A program made the translations under genes and the position numbers. The notes beneath the pieces are model-generated. The model worked only from the letters and a program-made list of their open reading frames with translations, searched no databases and was not told the DNA's origin. From assembly GCA_002269645.1 (NCBI GenBank), contig NIVC01001601.1, positions 248,001-312,000 of the forward strand: a stretch of 64,000 bases of DNA, written 5' to 3'. Origin of the DNA: Macrostomum lignano. Lineage: Eukaryota. Of this stretch, positions 36,721 through 49,100 are shown piece after piece; position 1 is the stretch's first letter, and each line of letters begins with the position of its first letter.

Positions 36721-38354
36721 TTGCCATATAGGCTCCAACAAATTATTTGTTCAATTGGATTTTTAAAAAATTTTATATAATATTATTCTGTTCATATAAA
36801 AATATACAAATTGCACAAATAATTTCCACTTAATTTAAAAGTGAGTGTTAAACTGCTAAAAACTATAAAAACTATACCCAAATGGTTTCTTTAGAACCAG
36901 TTCTTTGGGCAAAAACCAGTATTTTTGTTACTGGTTCAAACTAGTTAATATCCCTAATGTATAGTAGACTTATGTGTGCAGGGCCCCTCCCGATTTCTTT
37001 ATAAAATAGTCCCCGTTTAGTCAATTTAAATCCACGCCAAAACTAAGAAATATAATTTGTTTTACTACTGTATTTTTGATAATATTTCGCGCAAATTAAT
37101 TTTTGTTATAAATTATTGTAAAAATTAGTATAAATAGAAGCAAATTCGGTGGAGGAAGAACCAACCTCGCGCATCGCGGTTCACTAATAATATAGTTATA
37201 ACAAATAGTAAGAGTTCAGAGAAAATAAGAATTGAAAAAGTGTTTTCTGTGTTAATTCCTTTTAAGAAGTAAGAGTGAAGTAGATGGAAGTGTGGACTAT
37301 ATATACTACTGAGAAGGAAAGTATTGAGTAGTAAGAAGTTGCAAAGTAGATCTGAAGTAATACAGAGGCTGTGACCCTCTGATCTCGGTAACGCCCAAGG
37401 ACTTGCAAAGTACATGAAATACATATACCAGTAAGCCAAAATACTGCTCAGGCCATTATTAAATAGAATGCTACCAGAATAATAGAACGCTACCAGAATA
37501 ATCAGAAGAGTAAAATCTTTCAGGGCTAACAGTTTTTCTAAGAATAATACTCAGACTAAATACTCAGACTAAATAATCAGACCTATTCTAAGAAACTTTT
37601 CTCAGATTATTCTAATATTGATAAACTCATAATTTATTAATAGAATAATCTTGGTGGCAGCTACCAACCTAAGAAGAACACTTAAGAGATTAGTAAATTA
37701 GCCCTGTAACAGCTTGGTGGCTAATTGGTGGGATTTTGTATCGTACAGGAACACCACTTTGACAACTTGGTGGCAGTGAGTAAGACTAGAAAGAGAATAA
37801 TTAAGAGCCCTGGGACAGCTTTTGGCAATAGCAGTGGGATATTATTAAGAAGGAAGAATCCCCCCTGTTACAGCTTTTGGTGTCTCAGTGGTGGGATTCT
37901 CAGTGTACAGGAAACACCCCTATTACATATGTAAATTCAATGTTTTTATAATAAATAAAGTCATTTAGTACCAAAGAATTTTAATTAAAAAAACTTTATT
38001 TTTATAAAAATGAAATAAAACCAAATAAAAAAAGAACAGCTACTTACACTATTTTCTTAAAGAATTTTAATGCTATATTAGCATTTTTTTATATATTTAT
38101 TATAATATTTGCATACTAATAGATTTGGTTGTAGCAAATTTTAGAAAAGAGACACCTAGGCAAAAGTGAATTTTTATTTTATAGATATACATTTCAGAAA
38201 AAGAAAGTGACTAGTTCAAGGAAAAGATAGGCTAATTATAATTGCAAATATATCATTTTGGTGATTGTAGCTTTTAGAAAGTGCAATTGATAGAAATTTG
38301 CAATTTTGAAACAAAGAACCTTGTTGCAATTGATAGATTATAGGGATAATAATA

Positions 38355-38985
38355 TATTGGTTTCTTGACAGACATTTATAAATAGACATTCAGAAATTGT
38401 TCAGAAAATGTTTAACAAAATTTTCTATTTAGTATGCAAGACAGTGTAAATTTTGAGACATTTTTATGCATGTCTCTGCTTTAAAAAGACACCCAGACAC
38501 ATACAAAGATGCTTCACAAGCTGAGATATTCCCTAGCAAATGTTGTTACAATGTTTCCCAATATACCAAATACTGTACACAGTCATTTTTTGAGGAGCCA
38601 AGCTACATTGTTGCACTTTGCTCTTTCTGAATGAAAATTGCACAGCTGTTTCACACATGTCTCTAATTTAAAAAGACATCCCAGACACACACAAAGACAC
38701 TTCACAAGCTGAAAGATAGAAAAAGCAAAGTGCAAAAATGTAGCGGCTCCTCAAAAAAAACTATTTATGGTATTTAGTATATTGGGAAATGTCGTAACAA
38801 CATTTGCTAAGGAATATCTCAGCTTGTGAAGCATCTTTGTGTGTGTCTAGGGTGTCTTTTTAAAGCAGAGACATGCATAAAAATGTCTCAAAATTTACAC
38901 TGTCTTGCATACTAAATATAAAATTTTGTTAAACATTTATTGAACAAATTTTAAATGTCTATTTGAATGTTGTCAGAAACCAATA
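38355..38985. mobile_element. Foldback / long-TIR element: ~265-bp inverted arms (38355-38622, 38724-38985) around a ~100-bp spacer
   Basis: Long reverse-complement matches, e.g. TTTGAGACATTTTTATGCATGTCTCTGCTTTAAAAAGACACC vs GGTGTCTTTTTAAAGCAGAGACATGCATAAAAATGTCTCAAA. No clear TSD. Confidence 0.85.
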
Positions 38986-40108
38986 CATGGGATAATGGTT
39001 CAAATTCCTAATTTTACTTTGAAATCCCAAAATAATCAGACAATACTTAATTAAACAATGTTTTACTAATCATATATTAATATTGTCATAGAATAAAAGA
39101 TATTACAATAAAACTTTTCTTATAATGACAGTCTATAAAGTTTAATTTCTTGACTTCTTTCATTTTGACTTTTCTAAATATATATGGAAGCCTTTATGTC
39201 TTTTGACCAAATAGCCATATGTAGCCTTTAGATGTGTTGTGCAATTGTTGCAACTAAGCTATTAGTTGTATATCTGCCGTATCTGGCCTAATTGCAGCAA
39301 GGTGTAATCAAGTATTATTATTATATGTCAAAAGTCACATTTATAGCTAAAGCTTTTAGCTAAAATTTGCCAAGGGATCTTGTATATATTAGAATTATCT
39401 GAGCCTTGTATATTGGCCATGGCCATCTTAATCGTAATTATAAGATATCCATAAGGTTCTTTCTGCTCATGCCTCTCTTAGAGCATTAAGGGAGATAGTA
39501 GTACTTATAATCATATTAGATTTATTAGTTGAGAATATATATTTGGCCTAATATAAGACTGGCTTCTAGACTTCTGACTTATAGAAAATTCCTAATATAT
39601 AAGATTAATTATAGTGATAAATTGAATTTTTCCTTTTGGTCCTAACTATAAGTATCACTTTGACTTTAGGAGATATTAGGCAATAGCACCAAATATAAAA
39701 AATGCTACATTTGGCTTATGCGCAAGGAATCCCAACATTAAATTATCTTTCTGTATTGTTTTTTTCTGAGAATTAATTCATATTTTATGCACATATTAAG
39801 GATAGATATGAATTTAGTGCATACTTAAAGTCACTTTTAATGAACTATGTTAGCATTTACAAGGCCTAAGTCAATTTAGAGTGAATGACAACAAAAAAAA
39901 ATTTATTAGAAAAGTGAACTAGCAGTTAGCGCCCCTGTTGGGGAGCCAACAAAGAATGGAATACACAAATTTCTATTTCTAATCCCCAGCTCTGTGAAGT
40001 TGACATTCAATAAGAACTTAGTTGTCAAACATTCAAATTCATGTCAACCAGTTGGCACACCTGACCTGTGCAGTTAGTTTAGCAAGAAATCGCAGCCATA
40101 AACAAAAC

Positions 40109-43100
40109 ATGTCTGAGCAAACCCAGGCAAAGGTGGCCCAGCCTGCCGCCTCTTTGCCTGCGTCAGTTGACGCTCCGCCTCCCAAAGAGAATCCCTGGCT
40201 GAAGAATGTCATCGCCTCGGCTGAGCCAGGCCCGTCTGTGCTGAAGAAGGACTCTACAGAGCAGCTGGCTGAGCAGCAGCAGCAGCAGCAGCCTGGCAAG
40301 AAGCGACTGGCATTCGCTGACGACAAGCTGGCCAGTGGCGGCGCTGGTGACGGCGGCCCCGCCCCTGTTGCCGCTGTCGCCGACGCATCTGAGGACTGGC
40401 CAAGCCTTGGTCAGCCAGCCACGACTGCTGGCAAAGAGGCCCAGCAGCAGCAGCAGCACCAGGTAGTTGTCGCCGCCGTCCCGAAATCCTCCGGCCCAGT
40501 GTCCTGGGAGCGGATGACGCTGGAATTCGGCGACAGCGGCGAAGGAGGTGCTGGCAACCGGCGTCAGCAGCAGCAGCAGCAGCAGCGGTCTCGTTCGCTG
40601 CAGTCCGCAAACCGTCGCGGAGGTCACCAGGCCCAGCATCATCATCTGCAGAATCTGCCACAGCAGCAGCAACAGAATCAGTTCAAGCAGAGAAGCCGAA
40701 CCCCGCCAGCCGGCTCAAGCTCGCGACGTATCGGCGGCGGCGGCGGATTTTCCGGCGGAAACGGCGGAGCGAATCGGCCCCGACCGTTTAAGCGATTCGC
40801 TCGAACTGGCAGGGGCAGGTTTGAGCAGCAGCACCAGTCCCGGATGCAGCATCAGCAGGATGTTGCTCGATATGGTGAGCCCCGTGCTTTGCCTGCGAGT
40901 GGCTTGTCTGCATTGAGGAGCCGTTGAGCAATTCTTATAGCTTACTTTAGCTCGTATGACGCAGATGGATGCTTGATGGATGCCATGAGTTGGCTGGCTG
41001 TCAAAATAGAAAATCAAAGGGTTCCAACTTCATATGAGCACATCTTAATTCACCATCTCGCTTGGGTGTTACCTGGACGATTGTTTACTAAGCCATGTAT
41101 TAACTTTCTACTACTAAAAGCAGATTTATATCTTCACAATCAATGGATTAATTAGTTGATTCTGGCCAATCATTAATAAAAATCTTAGTAATATTTATTT
41201 TAAACAATGGTTTAGGCCTCTAAGGCATATATAGTTTTGTAAAAATCTGATTACAATTGTTCAGATCTATTTATAAGGCTGGCTAAATAATCTTTAAACA
41301 ATTTTACTACTGTATGTATGCTCGTATTTGTTTGCGTAAACGTTTTTTCCTTTTAGCTAAGGTATAGAATTTCTTTAATGGCTTATAAAAGCAAATCATT
41401 GCATACACTCCAATTTCACATTGTCTTCTATATTGAAAAATCTTCAATCCTTTAAAATTCAATCAAATTCTTTGCCAAAATTCGAATCACTCTCTGTCTT
41501 TTTAATTATAAACAATTTTGACGTTGGGTGTTAAAGTCAATTCTTTTAATGTAGCTTTATGTAGCCCTGGCTTTGGTTGCTGTTGGTGGCTTTCGTTGGA
41601 TTCTGCGAATCAAGTGTCTGCCGGAGCAGAAGATTCAAGCCGGAGCAATGATTAAAAAATTAATCATTGGCTTATGCTGTTGTAAATCTATTGTATTTGT
41701 TCCATAAATAGTTCTGTGTACACCCGGTCTCCAATCGCATTATTAAGATTGAATCCACGATTCCATAATAGGAATCCCCAATTCCATTATCAGAATCCCC
41801 AATTCCGTTATCAGAATCCCCAATCCCATTATCACAATCCCCAATCCCATTATCACAATACCAAATCCCACTATCATAATCCCCTATCCCATTATCAGAA
41901 TCCCAAATCCCATTATCAGAATACCAAATCCCATTATACTAATCTCCAATCCGATTATCAGAATCCTCAATCCCATTATCATAATCTCCAATCCCATTAT
42001 CATAATCTCCAATCCCATTATCATAATCCCAAATCTCATTATCAGAATCCCCATCCCATTTTCAGAATCCCTAATACCATTCCCCACTCCCATTATCAGA
42101 ATCCCAAACCCCATTAACGGGAACTATCAGCTAAAAATTTCGAATTCCTAATCTGGTGAAAAATCGAAACCAGTTTTATCGCAAATTTCTAGAAATAGGA
42201 TTTTCCTAAATCAGACACCTGATTCCAGAATCTCAGGTTAATATTTCTACTCAGCCGCGCGGCTGAGATAACCCAAAGCGCATGCATTTATTTATGCATA
42301 ATTCAAGCCTGCCGTTCGTGTATCGAGTAATTAATATCCGGTGTTGGGAACTGAAATTCTATACTTATTTATGTGCTCCCCCCTCAGCTAATTAGCATAA
42401 CCGGCTTTGGCTGCATTTCCCCAGCTCAATTTTGTTTCATCCTTCGATCTTTGTTATCACCTGGCTCAGGCGTGAACTCGCAGCACCGCAGAGGCAGCGG
42501 TAGCAATGGCCTTCAGCAGCAGCAGCAGCAACAGCAGCAAGAGGACGATAATCCCTATTACTGTTTGCCCTATTATGATGATCAAACCCTGCCCGCATTT
42601 GCTAATCCGCCAATGCCTCAGCCGCCGCAGCAGCCGCAGCGGCAGGTTGCTGCTCACAGGGATGCGGGATACAATCCCGCTCTGCTGGGCTCTGTAGCTG
42701 ACGGAGTCCTGACTGGTGAGGCTTTATTTGTGCTGTTGTTATTGTGCGACTCATCGATTGAGTCCTGGTGTCTCCGGCGGTATGGCCTTGTTCGCATGTT
42801 ATGCGTTTGATTCATCTTGTCTCACTGCAGTCTCTTCCTGTCCACGCATTCTTCGTCTCTTCCCGTCCGAGTCTCCGTCTCTTCTCCCTGCGTCATGTCT
42901 TCTCCCTCAATCATCTCTTCCCACTGCATCATCTCTTCCCACTGCATCATCTCTTCCCACTGCATCATCTCTTCCCACTGCATCATCTCTTCCCACTGCA
43001 TCATCTCTTTTCCCTGTATAATCTCTTCTTCCTGCTCTCCTCTCCTCCCCTGCTGTCTCCGCTCTTCCTATCCTATTTTAATCTTACTGTTACTCATTCT

Positions 43101-46100
43101 CCTCTCAACGCCCTACCACCGCCGTTTGCCCTTCCTCTAACATATCCGTCAATTATCTTCATCTGCAGTAATTAACAAATAATCCATAAACATTGAATCT
43201 TTATGCACCATACATTGTCTAATGCTAGTATCTTTAATCCACAATGTTATACTTTGTTGGCATCAGCATTAAAATGGCTCGTAGTAAGTTATTTGAATCG
43301 AAACTAGCTTGAATAATTTTTTAAAGGCTCTTAAGCTCCATTATTTAGTTTAATTTGTTTAGTTTATTTTTTTACAGTTTTTGGAACCCAAACAATGTTT
43401 AACAAGGTTTTTGATGTTACTCGTAATTTAGCAAAATTGCGATATGGTACAATGCATTCGCAAATATAGGTTTATTTGTGTTCAGTTATTTTGGTTTAGA
43501 TTTACTATTACCGGAACAGAGTATTTACCGTTAATAATTACGAGCTACTTAGGTAATAGTCTCAGAACGGTTGGAAAAAATCCGATTGCTTCCGGACCTG
43601 GAAATCTCGACAGTGGGATTTAACCAGTTGGTTTTTTTCTGTTTTGATATTTATAGCTATTGGCAGCCTGTGAGATGTTGAACTATATATTTTAACAAGC
43701 GTTTTTTGCACAGTTTATAACAAAGGCAGCTACAAAAAAAATCAACAATGCGGATTTAAATGCTGACAATAGTGCGACAGAGAAATATGGTTAGATCTCC
43801 AATGGCTTGAATGACGTAAGTCGGCTACGATGACGACAAAATCAATGACTAAAATAGGAGTCAACAACTCCCTCTTCCGGCTCGGTTGGAACGGACAGGA
43901 CAGGAAGATCTGGTGTATGTGTGTTAACCTCGAGGTCGGAAATCATGCAGACAGGACAGCTCCAGGAAGCTCGTGACATCACGCGGCCTGAGCCAGAGGT
44001 CGGACGGCTCGAGGCTGGTGGGACGAGCGGGACAGGCAAAGAAATAGGTTGTATCGTATTGTGAAAATGAGAGCCGCAGTCCGGGCAATTCGGGGACGCG
44101 TCTACGTGCAAACGGTGTTGAAAGCTGCGCAAAAAGGGGCTGAAACCGGAGCGGAGCTGCGCCAGCAGGCAGCGCGTGCGACGAGGCCCGATGACGCAGT
44201 CGGGTAGCAGATGATCAGAGGCATCCTGCACAATTAAAGTGAAATGGGCTCGCCGAGCTCGATCCCAGACGTTCAGGATAGCAGGAGCCTGAAAGGGTCG
44301 CCAGGAGGCGTCGAAGGCTTCATGAAGGGATGCAGTGCAAGGCGCTCGCAGAGATGATGTCAAGGGTGACATGTCGCAATGATAATCAATTGTGTTGGCA
44401 GATCGTAAGCAAGCGAGTTTCAGCATGCAGGTTGGCCTTAGAGGTGATAGAGGTGCAATCCGTGATACAGCTGACTACAGCGTTTTGAACGGTCTGAAGC
44501 AGGGTCCAGGATCACAACGAGGTAGTAGGTCCCCGGACTGGTAAGGCGTCGTTAATGATGCTCTTGGCAAAGGCTTCGTAGGTTGTCAGCAGAAACTCCT
44601 TGTGGCAACTCCAGCTCGAACGAGCAAGACAGCGAAGGATGCGATTACGATGATTTCTCGCTTTTTTGGCGACGGCAGTGACGTGCCGAGAGAAGGATAG
44701 CCAGTGTGGCCCCTGGCTAAAGTGAAAATACGCTTGTATTAGCGTTAGCGTAGCAGTGAAAAAAAGCACAGGAAAAGTTCTGGTATTAAAAGCGTCAAGT
44801 CTCAAGACAGTTCTTAAAAAATACACGACCAATTTCAGCTTTCTAAAGATTTTTCGACAATAATTAATGTAAGAATGTATATTTTCTAGAAGTTCTGACT
44901 TCGTGAAAAATCGTGGAAAAATCAATAAAGCGGTAAGAAAATTGAAGTTCCTGCTCAGGAAAATAAAATAGTTAGCAAGTTCTTTAATGTAATTACCGTT
45001 TAGTTTTAACTGTAATCAACAACGTGTCCTAAATTTTTTTGAATACCTATCGACTGTTGTGTGATGTATAACATACTAGAGATTAAACTGTTTAACTAAT
45101 GTTGCACTAGGTACTATCATTCTTTGTATTGTCATTAATAATCAAGACTCAAAAGTACCGAGTACATTGTATCGCATTTTTATACTCATTGCTTCTATAA
45201 GCTCAGTTTCGTAAAATCTGGCGTACTTTCCGTCGACGCTTTTCTCCGGATGATTAACATCAGCTGACCGATTCTTCGAGGGCAGGGAGGGCAAGGCCAA
45301 ATACTTGCGACAATCAGCATCTACACCGTGTTGCAAACAATCGCACCCTATCAGGGCACGCAAGTGCTCTTTGTCCACGTCTTTCAGCATCACGCCGGTC
45401 GAAATAGTAACGGATCTTTAGCATATCCCCTTCCTCGATTGCGTCATAGGAGTGTGTCTCTTGGCCAGCTGGAATGAATTTCTATTGCTACCATCGAAAG
45501 CCCTGTGCTTAGCAATCAGATTGGTTGGACGCTTGCACAAGGTGTTTAAATATCGTTGGATGCCTGCTCTTATGCAACCAAGTGGTGCTGGTGTGTAATA
45601 ATTCCCTTCTTTTGCCTCTAATTGAAAGTAGTAGAGTCTCAAATACTCATCCAGTGCTTTATCATCTAAATCCTGATAGTCGGTGCGCAGTCCTTTGCTC
45701 TACAGAAATTCAAAAACCTCCTACCATTTCTCTTGTATTTGTCGTCGCGTGCTTATGGGTAGTCCGTCCAACTGGGCATGTCTAAATCAGCCAATTCAGC
45801 CGAGAGATGGTCATCTGCAAGTTGATTCTCGTATTCTTCAAGACAATCCTCGTCAAGTGAAGATAGTCGCGTAATGACGTCCATTTTATCGGTAGTAGCG
45901 CCACTAATACAGTTATCAGGGAGATTCTTGTAGTTGATCAATGGCGAACAATTCGTCCTCTGGTGACGTGTATAAAAACTAACAATAAACAGCGAGATGA
46001 AAACAAAAAAGCAGACAGAGGGGCGCAGGGACTAAGCGGGTATATTTATTCCAATAAACTAGAGGGGCTGCAATATAAGACAAGAGTGGGTGAAGTGTGC

Positions 46101-49100
46101 GACTGAGGAAAGAGGCGAGAATAGAGAGCCAATCAGAAGGCAGCGAGGGAGAGAGATAAGAATAAGAAAATTGAACTAGACAGATTCTACTAAGCATGCG
46201 TGTTATTGTCTTTCTAGATCATAAACAACTAGCCTATATGGAAACACTAGTCAATGCACCTTTCTGCAGTCGGGATGCATGATATTGCCGTAGGCACTTG
46301 CGTGTTATACCTTTATCATGCGCCCCGACTGCAGAAGAATGTACCATTGCTTGTTGCTGATGTAGATCAGAGTTAAGATGCTGTATCACGTTGTAGTTGC
46401 TGCATCAAATCGAGTTGAAAAAAATTATAAATGTATATATAAGGTATAAGGATAAGTGCTGATCAGTTATAAAATAAGATTGTCGATGACTGGCTGCTCC
46501 TTGGCCCTGGCGGCAATAAGGGAAAGAAAGTCCTGCGCAGACTCGCATTTCGTCGATCTTCTCTTGCTGCTTGGCAATCTCTGCCTGTTCAAGACAAACT
46601 TGCTCGGAGCCGCGCTCTTCTCTTGATGAATGCGACGCTGCTCCGAAAGCTGCTGTTTTAAGTTTGACCTTAAAGCACTGACCTTAAAGCTGGCATAAAG
46701 GAGAGCCGGACTGATGCGTAACGTAAGCCGGCTCTAGTTATTGGCTTTTAGTCAAACTTTAATCGATAAAAGAGATTCGAGAGTGAAATCAGACAGCCTA
46801 TTACAATGCTTCCTCAGATTTTATGCAATTCACTTCAGGGCCAGTTCACTATCAGCATTTCCATGAGGCCCAGGCTGCACGTCCCAGTCAGGTTAGCAGA
46901 GGGTAATCTTCTGCAAGTACAATAAATTAGCCCAGGATTTTCCTGCCGCTTTTCCGTCTTTAACTCGACGAGACACAGTTTGCATATTCGATGTCTCTAG
47001 CCGAAGATCATCTAGGCGCTCTTTCAGAATGACTGTCGTCATCTTGGCAACGCGCAGCACCGTCTCATCTTATTGGAATTCGTCGGACAGTAGATTTTGT
47101 GGATTGACGAACTGAAGGCTCCAAAGCAGATGGTTTCGCAACGGCAGATAAGAAATGTTCTGCTGTCTAATTTGACCTTAAAACTCTAGCTGCCGGCAAA
47201 AGGTTACTTTGTCTTTTGTCGATAAGGTCTTGACCAAAACCCGAGTACTAGCACCGACAAGCTCACGAAGTTTTTCGGCAATGTCGATCAAGTTTGTGAC
47301 ATGATTCAAAAACATTGCCACGAACAAAGCAAAACAGCTGTACATTGCTGCAGAGGTGAAGGATTGCAGATTGGACATGGAGAAAGTTAAAGCTGAGATG
47401 AGTGGCCGGGCACACTTAAAAGAGTGGATAAACTGGCAGTGGCAGACAGGAGCAAGCAGCAAAATGAGGATGGCGAGACAAGCGGCGAAGCGGAGAGGAA
47501 CCTGTCTGGGACGAGAGAGTGGCGGCACGAGAGATTTATACGCAGGTAGGTAGTAGTGCCGGAGTGAGACGAACGGGGGAACTCGGATGGAGGAGAGGAC
47601 GCAGGGACTTCGCGAAGTTACGGGTCACCACCCTGACCTAGTGCGGAGTACGGTAGGAAGATTTTTAAGATTGTGGAAGGCAACTGCATGCTCTGCAACA
47701 GCGGAAGTGAAACCAATAAGCTTGTGTTGCTGAGATGTCCGGCTATGAAGGTGCAGAGGCACCTATTTAGGCTGGAGGACCTCAGTGTGCTAACAGAAAC
47801 AGCAAAAAAACAACAAAACAACAACAAAAACAGAAACCGACACCAGAACAGCAACAGCTGTAACAGAAGCAACAACAGAAACCAAGCAATGGTCCAAAAT
47901 CAGCTACGAAAACAACAAAGAAAAGCTACTATTACAAAAACAACGCTAAGCATATCAAGAATCAATTAAGCTAAATTGGTTCACATGAACAAGTGAACAG
48001 AGCTATCGCCTCTGTACTGTTAAGTCTGCACCAAACTCCGTGGATTTTACATAATAGCTTTTGTGATCTTACTTTTTAGCAATATGTATAAAAACTGTTT
48101 AAACTATACAAGACAGCTAAAAATTGCTATTTAGTAGGCATTAGAGCGCACTAACTATATTGTTCGCGCTAGTATTACCAATATTTTAATATTCCTGTTA
48201 CAGCTGGTCAAGCAACGGCCATTGTGATTCAATCTAGCACTGCCTGCAGCTCACAAAATTTTATTGTTGGCCAGTTTTTATCAATCTCTCTGACATACGT
48301 ACAGAGAGTGACCGACAGTCTAATATTGATTTTTCTTTAGCCCCTCCCTTCCCCACATGGCCGCACATGAGCACGATTCAGATCTGTATGCTTTTCTATA
48401 TAGTTAGTAAATACGGTTATAAATTATTCTGTCTTCCGGTAGCTTCAGATTTGAATACAGAGCTTACTGTTTTTCTAGCTATTTTATTATCAGGGTTTTT
48501 TATGTTTGACTTTTTCGTAACCTTGGACAGAATGTGAATTTAAATAAAACGGATTTTAGGGTTAGAATTCTAACTTCATCATTTCAAGGGGTGAGATTTT
48601 GAGAATTAGAGTTCTAGCTTCATCATCTCAAGGGGTGAGATTTTGAGAATTAGAATTCTAGCTTCATAATCTCAGAGTGAGATTTTGAGAGTTAGAATTC
48701 TAGCTTCATCATCTCAGAGTGAGATTTTGAGAATTAGAATTCTAGCTTCATCAACTCAAAGAGTGAGATTTTGATAATTAGAATTCTAGCTTCATCATCT
48801 CAGTGAGATTTTGAAAATTAGAATTCTAGCTTCATCATCTCAAGGGGTGAGATTTTGAGAATTAGAACTTTAGCTTCATCATCTCAGAGTGAGATTTTGA
48901 GAATCAGAATTCTAGCTTCATCATCTCAGAGTGAGATTTTGAGAATTAGAATTCTAGCTTCATCAACTCAAAGAGTGAGATTTTGATAATTAGAATTCTA
49001 GCTTCATCATCTCAGTGAGATTTTGAGAATTAGAATTCTAGCTTCATCATCTCTAGGGGTGAGATTTTGAGAATTAGAACTTTAGCTTCATCATCTCAGA

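Noticed and set aside
46702-46735. Stem AGAGCCGG..CCGGCTCT enclosing CTGATG, possible hammerhead ribozyme
   Set aside because: It lacks the full CUGANGA plus GAAA core and the three-stem layout, and lies inside the hAT coding remnant.
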